From: an uncultured Pseudomonadales bacterium
GTDB lineage: Bacteria > Patescibacteriota > Microgenomatia > UBA1400 > PJMF01
DNA: 48,868 nucleotides
Direction of reading: 5' to 3'
Assembly: GCA_964588685.1 (NCBI GenBank)
Contig: CAZPQG010000001.1
Span: forward strand, 76,869 to 125,736
In this document: one piece after another, positions 28,967 to 38,571 of the stretch
Layout of the letters: every line of letters starts with the position of its first letter
Numbering within the stretch: the first letter of the stretch is position 1
The notes under the pieces: generated by a model
What the model was told of the DNA's origin: nothing
Seen by the model: only the letters and a program-made list of their open reading frames with translations
Databases searched by the model: none
Made by a program: the position numbers and the translations under genes

Positions 28967-31414
28967 CTAAAGCTCTTCTTCATCATCAGTAAAATATCTC
29001 CAATTGCAAGCTTGAGTTGGTTCCTGGCCTCTTTCAAAAATCTCTTCTGTAATAAGGGGACACTCCGGACAAGCTAAAGTATTAGTTGGCACACAAATTT
29101 TAACTTTAATTAAATCTTCAGGTAAAATAAAAAAGTGAGGGTTATTGCTGTCCAGCAATAAGCGCATAATTTGATTCCAAATTGGTGAAGCTCCTGTCAT
29201 ACCACTAGCCACACGACTCATTGGAATATTGTCATTATTGCCTACCCACGCTCCTACCAACCGATCGGTAGTGTAGCCCATTGCCCAATTATCCCTCCGA
29301 TCATTACTGGTTCCGGTTTTAACAGCTACTTGCTGCTGCGGAATATTTAATAAAGAATGATAGCCAAAAGTGGTAGCACGCGCATTATTGTCTGACAAAA
29401 TATCATTAATCTGATAAGCAGCAATTTTATCAAGAGTCCGAAATTGTTGACAAAATTCATTATCAATAAAACATTGATTTCTATAAAGTATTTTTCCTTC
29501 CTGATCTCTTATTTCTAGAAAAGGATCTAAATCAACACTGTATCCCCCGGTGGCAAAAGTGCCAAAAACTTCTGCTAAATCTACCATTAATACTTCACCG
29601 GCGCCTAAAGTTAGAGATAGACCAAAACGATTACTGTCTGTCCAAGTGCTAATACCCATCTCCTGGCCTTTTGCTACTAAATTATCAACACCGATACTTG
29701 CCAAAACTTTTACTGCCGGTATATTTAGAGAGCCGGCTAAAGCTTGTCGTAAGGTTACTCTCCCCTGAAATCTTCCGTCATAATTGCGTGGGGTATAAGG
29801 GCGGCTGCCCGGGATGTGATAAGTAATGGGTGCATCGTCAATAAAATCCCAAGGATTCCGACCCAGCTCAAAAGCCAAAGCATAAGTTAAAGGTTTAATG
29901 GCTGAACCGGGCTGCCTTGGCCTAAGCGTAACATTCACTTGGCCATCTTGTTCAAAATCAAAATAATTTCTACTTCCTACCATAGTTAAAATTTCACCAG
30001 TTTGAGGATTAACTACTAAAGCCGCGCCATTGTTAACATTCAATCGAGCAAGTTGATCAACTTGCTCTGTTACAATTTCTTGCGCCTGTTGTTGCAAGCT
30101 TAAATCTAAACTGGTTCTAACTTCTAATCCGCCTTGATTCACCATCTGTTCGCCAAATTTTTCAGCCAGTAATTTTCTAACATACATCACAAAATGAGGG
30201 GCCTCAATGTTAATTACATCTGGATTAAAAGTTAATTTTTCCTGATTAGCTTGATAAGCATCTTCTAAAGAAAGATAATCATCTTCTACCATGCGGCGCA
30301 ACACTTCCTCCTGCCGACGATAACTTAATTCAGGATTAGAGCCGAATGGATTGTAAATGGATGGGGCAGCCGGCAAACCAGCCAACAAAGCACTCTCGGC
30401 TAAAGTGAGATCTTTAGCTGGTTTATTAAAAAATCGCCAACTGGCTTCCTCAACTCCATAGGTTGAACCTCCGTAGGACACTTCGTTTAAATACATCTCC
30501 AAAATTTCTTGTTTACTATAAGCAACTTCCACTAACACTGCTAAAATCAACTCTTTTATTTTTCGTTTGAGTGTTTTTTCAGGACCTAGCAACCTATTTT
30601 TAACTAGTTGCTGCGTAATAGTGGAGCCTCCCTGAACTCTGTCTTGTCTTAAATTATGAAATAAAGCTCGAAAAATGCCTCTGGGAGAAAACCCGTAATG
30701 CTGATAAAAGTCGCGATCCTCAATAGCTAAAGTGGCGTTGATCATATCCTGAGAGACGTCTTCCAAAGAAATTAATGTTCGATTTTCATCTTGATAAATA
30801 CGATAAAGCAATTTGCCGTTACGATCTAAAATTCGGGTAGTTAAAGCTTGCTTCTCTTCAGTTAAAGTTCTGGGAGAAGGCAAGTCGACGAAAATATTTT
30901 GATAAATTGACCAGGAAGCCCCTAAAATTAACGCCGCACTTAATAAAGATAGGTATAATCTTTTTAATTCAGGGGTTAAAATAGACGGTAAAAATTTTAT
31001 TAACTGCTGCTTAAATTTAAAAAGAACGAAAAATTTTTGTTTTATATTTCGTCTAATATACTTAAAGTTTTGTTTTAAATACGAAGGTTTTTTTTGAAAA
31101 ATTTTACCGTGAGTGACTTTGCTTGCTTTAATTTCAAATTTTTTATACCGCCAATTTAACAATTGCTTTAATAATTCTTCTTTTTTTTGAAAAAGCTTAA
31201 CAACCTTTTTTTTAAATTTTTTAATTTTAATTTGAAAAAATTTAGCCCTCTTTTTTACCTGTTGATTAACAGACTTTAAAAATTGGCTAGCTTTGGCTAA
31301 AAATTTTTGCCAAAATAATTCAAAACTGACTCTAATCTTTTGTATAATTTTAATTAAGATAGAGTTAAGCCAATCAAAGTATTTAATAATAGATGATAAT
31401 AAATCTTTATGCAC
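28967..31414 (-). CDS. Class A penicillin-binding protein (GT51 transglycosylase plus transpeptidase) with a ~150-aa K/F-rich cytoplasmic extension
   Basis: Contains EDRDFYQHYG and GGSTITQQLVKN (GT51), then GSAIKP (SxxK) and KTGTSND (KTG). Confidence 0.9.
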   Translation of the reverse strand: MHKDLLSSIIKYFDWLNSILIKIIQKIRVSFELFWQKFLAKASQFLKSVNQQVKKRAKFFQIKIKKFKKKVVKLFQKKEELLKQLLNWRYKKFEIKASKVTHGKIFQKKPSYLKQNFKYIRRNIKQKFFVLFKFKQQLIKFLPSILTPELKRLYLSLLSAALILGASWSIYQNIFVDLPSPRTLTEEKQALTTRILDRNGKLLYRIYQDENRTLISLEDVSQDMINATLAIEDRDFYQHYGFSPRGIFRALFHNLRQDRVQGGSTITQQLVKNRLLGPEKTLKRKIKELILAVLVEVAYSKQEILEMYLNEVSYGGSTYGVEEASWRFFNKPAKDLTLAESALLAGLPAAPSIYNPFGSNPELSYRRQEEVLRRMVEDDYLSLEDAYQANQEKLTFNPDVINIEAPHFVMYVRKLLAEKFGEQMVNQGGLEVRTSLDLSLQQQAQEIVTEQVDQLARLNVNNGAALVVNPQTGEILTMVGSRNYFDFEQDGQVNVTLRPRQPGSAIKPLTYALAFELGRNPWDFIDDAPITYHIPGSRPYTPRNYDGRFQGRVTLRQALAGSLNIPAVKVLASIGVDNLVAKGQEMGISTWTDSNRFGLSLTLGAGEVLMVDLAEVFGTFATGGYSVDLDPFLEIRDQEGKILYRNQCFIDNEFCQQFRTLDKIAAYQINDILSDNNARATTFGYHSLLNIPQQQVAVKTGTSNDRRDNWAMGYTTDRLVGAWVGNNDNIPMSRVASGMTGASPIWNQIMRLLLDSNNPHFFILPEDLIKVKICVPTNTLACPECPLITEEIFERGQEPTQACNWRYFTDDEEEL

Positions 31415-31633
31415 TGTGGCAGAATTTTAACACAATTGACTACAGTGACTCAATAGATATAGTACATTATAAAAATACAGCATTCAAATACTTTTCCCTC
31501 TAATATCAACTAATAATAAGACATAATTAATAAACGCAATAAAAATATAATTCAAAAATTTAAGATTGCTGAAGAAAATTAGCAAAAAAAATTAATATAA
31601 AATTGCCTTTTACAAACTACCAGCTAATAATTT

Positions 31634-32326
31634 ATGTTAAAAATTAGACCAATTAACCGTCTTCAAGTTTACTTATCAACTAAAAAAGACGGCTCTATAG
31701 TTAATAAAAGCCAGGCTGAAAAACTACTTGCAAAAAACGGCTGTCGTTCTTCTGTAATCTATTTTAAACACCAACACCAAGCGCAGCGTTTTTATTTGCA
31801 TAAAAAAAATAATTTGTCGGCTAAAATTTGTGCAGACGCTGTCATCAGTCAGCAACAAAAACTTTGTTTAGCCATGAGTGTGGCTGACTGCTTCCCGTTG
31901 ATAATAGCTGCTCCGCAAAAAAATATTTTCGCTTTACTGCATGCCGGTTGGAAACCTCTCTTCCAAAACATTATTGAGTTAACCGTTTTAGATTTAAAAT
32001 ATCTTTATCAACTTAAAGCCGAATCTTTAATTGCTTGGATCGGACCCGGTATTCGCAAGTGCTGCTATCGTTTTAAAGAAAAACCGGTGCAAGCAGATTT
32101 AGCCCAATGGCAAGAAGCAATCACCGTTAAAAAAAATTTCTGGCAGATTGATTTACCCACTTTTATTAAAAATGAATTAATGCGCTTGAACTTTAACAAT
32201 GAAAATATATTTGACTTTGAAGCCTGCACTTGCTGCGAAGAAAGCACTTATTTTTCACACCAACGAAGTAAAAAAACAAAAGAAGCGAACGGCAGAATAA
32301 TGATTGGCGTAGAATCCAACACTTAA
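31634..32326 (+). CDS. pgeF: Peptidoglycan editing factor PgeF (YfiH/DUF152 family)
   Basis: Contains the family's conserved His/Cys motifs VADCFPL, LHAGWKP, GPGIRKCCY and CTCC...YFSHQR. Confidence 0.8.
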   Translation: MLKIRPINRLQVYLSTKKDGSIVNKSQAEKLLAKNGCRSSVIYFKHQHQAQRFYLHKKNNLSAKICADAVISQQQKLCLAMSVADCFPLIIAAPQKNIFALLHAGWKPLFQNIIELTVLDLKYLYQLKAESLIAWIGPGIRKCCYRFKEKPVQADLAQWQEAITVKKNFWQIDLPTFIKNELMRLNFNNENIFDFEACTCCEESTYFSHQRSKKTKEANGRIMIGVESNT

Positions 32327-32440
32327 ATTAAATTTCAGCAATCATTGCTGTAAAAAAACCGATAAAAATCCAATAATACAATTAACAATCCGCAAGCCGG
32401 CAGCTCAAAAACATATTAAGTTAAATCTTAAATCTAAATC

Positions 32441-32968
32441 TTAATTGAATTTTTCTAATAAAGCCTTATTATTTTGATTTAGCTGCTGGGCCATAGTTAT
32501 TTGACTTGGAGCAAGCTGGCGAATCAAACAGGTCGCTTGTTCAATGTTTAGCTCGAGCTGGCGGGCAACTTCTTGTTTTAAATCATAATTAGCAAAATCA
32601 TCTTCCAACACTTGAAGAGCTGCTGAGCTTAAATATTTTTGAGATTTAGTTAAAGCAGTATGAGTCAAAGAAGGCTCATCTTTTGCCATTAAAGCCTGAG
32701 CATAGTCCATTCGAATTTGTCCATAAGTTAGTTTCAGGCTTATTTTTTTTTGGCTAGGAGCAACCAATAATAAAATTTGATCAACAGCAGCCACTAGTGG
32801 ATAAGCTGTATGATCGGGCAAAATAGTTTGGCCAATGTAAAATCTTTTTCTGCTTGTTGCAGTATCTTCGTAGGAAATAACTTGATTAGTTGAAATTAAG
32901 GAAATGAAAAGAACTATGAGTGCAAACAGCAAAGCTCCAATTGAAAGTGTTAATCTAATTTTTTTCAT
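32441..32968 (-). CDS. Hypothetical N-terminally anchored helical protein
   Basis: 175 aa with one N-terminal TM helix and an otherwise helical sequence. No family recognised. Confidence 0.4.
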   Translation of the reverse strand: MKKIRLTLSIGALLFALIVLFISLISTNQVISYEDTATSRKRFYIGQTILPDHTAYPLVAAVDQILLLVAPSQKKISLKLTYGQIRMDYAQALMAKDEPSLTHTALTKSQKYLSSAALQVLEDDFANYDLKQEVARQLELNIEQATCLIRQLAPSQITMAQQLNQNNKALLEKFN

Positions 32969-33027
32969 AACTTATTAAGAATGAAGCTTAAATTTTAATT
33001 TTACATTAATTTTTAGCCGCTTTAATT

Positions 33028-33711
33028 TTAAAGATTGATCATAAGAGCCAATCCCCAAATAGCATGACTCATCATGATGGTATAAACATTTTTTTCATTA
33101 GCAAAAATGATAGCCTGGCCTAATCCAAAAAAATAAAGTAAAGCAATCAAAAAACTAACATCTAACCCGCCGAAACGCAGCATGATATTTGATAAATGAA
33201 ATAGCAAAAATAACAAACTGATTAATAAAATTTGAGGCATTACTTCAATCTCTTTAAAGACTGTGCGTAATACAGTTTGCATAAAACCAAAAAAGAACAA
33301 ACTTTCCCAAAAACCTGTTAACAGCGCCAGAAAAAATTCCCACCAAAATTCATCCATGGCAAACAATGGTGCCGCTACCATTATTCTTCCGGATTTAATC
33401 ATAGAAAAAACAACAACAATAAACCCGAATATACCGCCAAAGGCTAGTCCTCTTAATAAACCTGGGAAGAGCTTATAAGGCCTGACTGATTCAATAATAT
33501 TTTCGTCTTTGATACTAGTAACATAAATAATAATAGGCAGCCCAAAAAAAATTGCCTTACCTAATGTTTCGTCAAAAAGCACAGAAAAATTAAACAAGGC
33601 CCTATAAAAAATCCACAAAATCAAGCTGATGCAGACTAAAGTTACAAATAAAATCCGGGGATTAGTAGTTGCGGCTGGAGGGGATTTAGCTTTTGATGGC
33701 ATCAAGAACAA
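33028..33711 (-). CDS. CPBP (CAAX protease/Abi)-family intramembrane protein with degenerate catalytic motifs
   Basis: Polytopic. Motif 1 reads WESLFFFG instead of EExxxR, motif 2 FLLFH is intact, and motif 3 reads HAIWG instead of HxxxN. The gene overlaps the upstream gene by 26 nt. Confidence 0.4.
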   Translation of the reverse strand: MFLMPSKAKSPPAATTNPRILFVTLVCISLILWIFYRALFNFSVLFDETLGKAIFFGLPIIIYVTSIKDENIIESVRPYKLFPGLLRGLAFGGIFGFIVVVFSMIKSGRIMVAAPLFAMDEFWWEFFLALLTGFWESLFFFGFMQTVLRTVFKEIEVMPQILLISLLFLLFHLSNIMLRFGGLDVSFLIALLYFFGLGQAIIFANEKNVYTIMMSHAIWGLALMINL

Positions 33712-34303
33712 TATTGGTTGTTTGCTGCTGATTGTTAGAATAAGTATCTATAACTAAATCATAAAGCTCAGGCTTCCAAAAATCAATTGGCTCATTAGGC
33801 TCAGCAAGGCCTTTTGCCACTACCCATTGCCGCCATTCTTTTTGATAAAGCTGCCTCCATTTTTTAAGATTAGTTTGATAACGGTCATTAATATGAGTTT
33901 TAGCTTCTTCAACACTAATATCATCACGATTAACGATGCGGTCAATTCTGACTGAATCTTCGCTGCAATAAACTAAAATCTTTAGGATAGCAGGTAAACC
34001 TTGTGCCATAAATCCTGAAAGCCAAGATTCAATAATCCATTGCTCTTGAGATTTTAATTTTTTTCTTATATCTAAATCAACCTGTCGATCAAAATCATCA
34101 TCGTAAGCAATAGCACTGTGATGAATTTTTTGAGTGTCATCATATAAACCTTTTTCCACAGCATACTGTCTCATAAATTCACCGCCGCTAAAGCCACTCC
34201 AACCTTTAAATTTAAGCTCTTCTTTAAGTAGATTTAATAAGGTGGTAGAACCAGAACCGGGCAGTCCGGAAATGGTTATATTTTTATATTTAGTTTTATC
34301 CAT
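33686..34303 (-). CDS. P-loop nucleotide kinase, cytidylate-kinase-2/AAA_18-like
   Basis: P-loop ITISGLPGSGSTT at the N-terminus. Length and helical lid pattern are like small (d)NMP kinases, and it is distinct from the canonical cmk at 28242. Confidence 0.5.
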   Translation of the reverse strand: MDKTKYKNITISGLPGSGSTTLLNLLKEELKFKGWSGFSGGEFMRQYAVEKGLYDDTQKIHHSAIAYDDDFDRQVDLDIRKKLKSQEQWIIESWLSGFMAQGLPAILKILVYCSEDSVRIDRIVNRDDISVEEAKTHINDRYQTNLKKWRQLYQKEWRQWVVAKGLAEPNEPIDFWKPELYDLVIDTYSNNQQQTTNIVLDAIKS

Positions 34304-34781
34304 AAAAACTGTAAAGATAATTAATAATTTAAGAGTAGATATTTATTATTAACAGTATTTTAATTGAATTAAAATTAAGGTTCTAAAAAATAAATGTAAA
34401 TATAATCTTTGAAAAGATTAAACCTATCTTCTCAATAGGCTATTTTCCCAAATATCTTTTTTTAAATTTAGCTGCAATTCAATTTACGATCTTTATTTTG
34501 CGTTTTACTAAATTTTTCTTTTAACTTCTATTTTTTTTATTATAATGGAGATTCTATCAAAATTATTAACATAAAATAATTAGCAAGGCTATCGGCCATT
34601 AAAATTAAGACACTAAAATTTGAAATAGCGCCGGCTGCACAGCGCCCAAGCTACAACCATTAATTTTACAATTTTTTAAATGTCGTCCAGAATTTAAACA
34701 TTATAATTTAAACCATTTATAATACAAAATATAAATATATAAATGTATCGTCGTCAACAAAGCTAAAATAAGCCCAGTGCC

Positions 34782-37145
34782 ATGTCAAACAATAAAAACA
34801 ATAAAAAAAATAAACGCTTCCAGCTTAAAAAAATTTTTGAACCTAATATTAAATCCGGCTCCTGGCATGCCAAACACCCCAGATTAGTAAAATTTTTTTA
34901 CATCATTTTTTTTCCAATAATTAATCCCTATTTACGTTATGTAACTTTATTTTTCTTTTCGCTAGCGATAATTGGAATCTTTCTTTTACTACAACACTTA
35001 CCCTCACCTCAAAACCTGACAGGAACCAAATCATATGCTGTCAGCACCCAAATTTTTGATCGCAATGGGGAATTGCTTTATGAAATTTATGCCGATGAAA
35101 ACAGAATACCTATACGTCTAGAGGATTTACCCGACCATGTAATCCAAGCAACAATCGCCATTGAAGACAAAAATTTTTATAGACATGCCGGCATTGATTT
35201 AAGAGGCGTTCTACGCGCAGCATGGAATAATCTTTTTAAACAAACAAGAGAAGGAGGGTCTACTATTACCCAGCAGTTGGTTAAAAATGCCTTATTAACA
35301 CCCGAACAATCTTTTACCAGAAAATTCAATGAAGCCATTTTAGCAATTATGACAGAAATTGTTTATAGCAAGGATGAAATTTTAGAAATGTACTTGAATT
35401 ATATTTCATATGGAGGCACCTCTCTTGGCATAGAAGCGGCAGCTCAAGCCTATTTTGATAAATCGGCTCATGATTTAAACTTAGCTGAAGCTGCCTTGCT
35501 CAGCGGCCTGCCTAAAGCGCCGACCCGCTACTCACCTTTTGGTTCAAATCCGGAACAAGCTCAACAAAGACAAGCAGAAGTTTTGCGCCGAATGATGGAG
35601 GATAACTATATTTCCTCTGCTGAAGCAGAAGAAGCTCATTCTAAACCTCTTGATTATGCTTTATCTCAAACAGAAATTAAGGCCCCGCACTTTGCTTTTT
35701 ATGTTAGAGACTGGTTATATGAAAAATACGGAATAGAAAAGGTGCAAGCAGGGGGATTGAGAGTGCATACCACTTTAGATCTACAACTGCAGCGAGAGGC
35801 CCAAAAAATGGTCAGTGAAGAAGTGGAGGGTTTAATTCGTTATCAGGCTAGTAATGGCGCAGCCTTAATTACTAAACCCAATACCGGTGAAATTTTAGCC
35901 ATGATTGGTTCAAAAGACTACTTTAATATTGAAGAAGAAGGACAAGTAAATCTTACTCTAGCTTCAAGACAGCCGGGCAGCGCAATCAAGCCGTTAATGT
36001 ATGCCACTACTTTTCAAAAAAAGACATTGAATCCGGGTACTATTATGCTTGATGTACCAACTTGTTTTCTGCGTAATTCGCAACCAGCCTACTGTCCCCG
36101 CAATTATGACGGTGGCTTTAGAGGTATGACCACTGTCAGGCAATCACTGGGTAGTTCTTTTAATATTCCCGCCGTCAAAGCTCAAGCTACTATCGGTGCC
36201 AAGCTATTTATAGAACAAGCTTCTAAAATGGGCATTACTACTTGGAAAGATCCGGCTGACTATGGCTTATCTTTAACCTTAGGCGGAGGCGAAGTAAAAA
36301 TGCTGGACATGGCTCAATCTTTTGGCTCCTTAGCTAACCAGGGAATATTGGTACCGCTTAATCCAATTTTAAAAATTGAAGATTACCGCGGCAATATTTT
36401 AGAAGAACTTGATTTAGAGCAAAGAATCTCAGATCTTGACTATTTAAATAATTATGAAAGTGATTATCAACGAGGCGGGCTGGAACGAGTTATGGACCGT
36501 GCCCCGGCTTATTTAACAAATCATATTTTACAAGACAATCAGGCTAGAGCTGCAATCTTTGGCACCAATTCTCAGTTAGTAATTCCTAACCACATTGTCA
36601 GCGCCAAAACCGGCACCACCAATAACCTAAGAGACAACTGGACTATTGGCTACACACCGGAATTTTTAGTAGTCACCTGGGTAGGCAACAATGACAATAC
36701 TCCAATGAATTATTTAGCATCCGGCATTGTGGGGGCGGCACCGATGTTTAATGATTTAATGACACATATATTACAAGATACAGAATCGATTTGGCAAGAA
36801 AAACCAAGCGATGTACAATCCGGAGGTATTTGCGCTCATGGTATGCCCCCAGAGTATAGCTCTGAAAGCTGTCAGATTTTAAGAACTGATTTATTTTGGA
36901 CAAAAAGTAAACCTTCTGCCGCTAGCATAAAAGAAGAAGCTATTTGGATTGATCCGGCTACCGGCTTTCCGCCTGAAGATGAAGAGGCTGAGGGCTTAGA
37001 AGCTCATACTAAAACCTTAGTTCAAGACCCTGTTTCAACTAGATATTGCCTAGATTGTCAAGGCTATGATGAAGAAAAGGATCGTCCCATCTACAACAAA
37101 CAAAATATTAAAATTGTTGACGGAAAAGCCGTGGTTGCTGACTAA
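34782..37145 (+). CDS. Class A penicillin-binding protein (second paralog)
   Basis: Contains EDKNFYRHAG, GGSTITQQLVKN, GSAIKP and KTGTTNN. It aligns along its whole length with the PBP at 28967-31414. Confidence 0.9.
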   Translation: MSNNKNNKKNKRFQLKKIFEPNIKSGSWHAKHPRLVKFFYIIFFPIINPYLRYVTLFFFSLAIIGIFLLLQHLPSPQNLTGTKSYAVSTQIFDRNGELLYEIYADENRIPIRLEDLPDHVIQATIAIEDKNFYRHAGIDLRGVLRAAWNNLFKQTREGGSTITQQLVKNALLTPEQSFTRKFNEAILAIMTEIVYSKDEILEMYLNYISYGGTSLGIEAAAQAYFDKSAHDLNLAEAALLSGLPKAPTRYSPFGSNPEQAQQRQAEVLRRMMEDNYISSAEAEEAHSKPLDYALSQTEIKAPHFAFYVRDWLYEKYGIEKVQAGGLRVHTTLDLQLQREAQKMVSEEVEGLIRYQASNGAALITKPNTGEILAMIGSKDYFNIEEEGQVNLTLASRQPGSAIKPLMYATTFQKKTLNPGTIMLDVPTCFLRNSQPAYCPRNYDGGFRGMTTVRQSLGSSFNIPAVKAQATIGAKLFIEQASKMGITTWKDPADYGLSLTLGGGEVKMLDMAQSFGSLANQGILVPLNPILKIEDYRGNILEELDLEQRISDLDYLNNYESDYQRGGLERVMDRAPAYLTNHILQDNQARAAIFGTNSQLVIPNHIVSAKTGTTNNLRDNWTIGYTPEFLVVTWVGNNDNTPMNYLASGIVGAAPMFNDLMTHILQDTESIWQEKPSDVQSGGICAHGMPPEYSSESCQILRTDLFWTKSKPSAASIKEEAIWIDPATGFPPEDEEAEGLEAHTKTLVQDPVSTRYCLDCQGYDEEKDRPIYNKQNIKIVDGKAVVAD

Positions 37146-37268
37146 GAAGTTAACAAAATGTTTTAAAATATTAACTCTAGAATATTAACCCTTAACGACC
37201 ATTAATAAAGCATTCTCGCGATTTAACATCTTAAATAATTATTAACGGCATGAATCAAGATTATCCTT

Positions 37269-38495
37269 TTGAAAAAAATTAATTTTAACAATCTTCACCA
37301 TAAAACTAAATTTAAACTTCTTTTTTCAAGCTTAATCATAGTTTTTATCTGTATTTTTTTAATACTCTTTCATTTTTGGCAATACCCCTTAATTTCTCCG
37401 CTAGCTGAAAATGGTGTTTTTGAATTTTTATCAGCAGAAAAAGTTACGACTCAAAATAGTGCTGCTCAAAACAAAATTGTTTATGGCTATCTGCCTTATT
37501 GGAATATAAATCAAACAAAAATCCAACCTGAATTAACTCACCTAAGCTACTTTGGCCTAAATATTAGCGCTGACGGCACTATTTTAACTAAAAATAATGA
37601 AGATAAGATTCATGCCGGATATAACAATTTAAGCTCAGACAAATTAATGCAGCTGGCTAGCGAAGTCAATAATAGCAATAATTATTTTGAAATCACTTTA
37701 GTACAGTTTGATCCGGAAATCATTACAAAAATTGTTAACAATAAAAAAGCTCATGATAATTTAATTGCTTCGCTCAACTCTCTTTTACTAGCCTATCCTA
37801 TCAGCGGCATTAACATTGACATCGAATATAATGGAGCAGTCAATTCTGACCTCAGAAACAATTTTGCCGAACTTATAGAAAAAATTAACTCTCATTTAAC
37901 AGCCAACTTCGAGCATGTGCAATTATCAATTGCTATGTACGCCAGTGCTTCTGACAACAAACAGTTATGGGATATTCCTAGAATTAGCCAAGCAGTTGAC
38001 TATATCGTAGTAATGGCTTATGACTTTCATCGCACAAGCTCTCCAAAAGCCGGACCAATAGCTCCTTTATTTGGCAGCAACAATCTATATGATGACTATA
38101 TTCATCAAAATTTACATAACTATTTACGTTATGTGCCGGCTAACAAAATTTTACTTGGCATTCCTTTTTACGGTTATGAATGGCAGGTAACCTCACGCTC
38201 TCCTCGAGCTGATACTTACCCTGATACAGGCAGAACAGCAAGTTATCAGAGAGTAAAAAAGCTGCTTGATGACAATAATTTAAAAATACATTCCGGCTGG
38301 GATGAAAGAGCCTTATGCCCCTATTTATCATACGAAAACGATGAAAAAATTTACATAATTTATTATGAAAATCCAATCTCCATTGAATATAAATTACAAT
38401 ACGTTAAACAACTCGACTTAGCAGGAGTTGCTATCTGGGCTTTAGGTTATGAAGGTATCACTAGAGATTTCTGGGATGTGGTGGCTGAATTATAA
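37269..38495 (+). CDS. GH18-family (chitinase/YaaH-like) glycosidase, N-terminally anchored
   Basis: SGINIDIEY matches the DxxDxDxE active-site block with D-x-E retained. MAYDFH and the C-terminal AIWALGYE are typical. There is an apparent TTG start and an N-terminal TM helix. Confidence 0.65.
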   Translation: MKKINFNNLHHKTKFKLLFSSLIIVFICIFLILFHFWQYPLISPLAENGVFEFLSAEKVTTQNSAAQNKIVYGYLPYWNINQTKIQPELTHLSYFGLNISADGTILTKNNEDKIHAGYNNLSSDKLMQLASEVNNSNNYFEITLVQFDPEIITKIVNNKKAHDNLIASLNSLLLAYPISGINIDIEYNGAVNSDLRNNFAELIEKINSHLTANFEHVQLSIAMYASASDNKQLWDIPRISQAVDYIVVMAYDFHRTSSPKAGPIAPLFGSNNLYDDYIHQNLHNYLRYVPANKILLGIPFYGYEWQVTSRSPRADTYPDTGRTASYQRVKKLLDDNNLKIHSGWDERALCPYLSYENDEKIYIIYYENPISIEYKLQYVKQLDLAGVAIWALGYEGITRDFWDVVAEL

Positions 38496-38571
38496 GCAAA
38501 AATAGAAAACCTTAAAAACAACAATAAACAAACTTAATTTTTAACCAATTACAATAAATCTTGTGCAGTAA

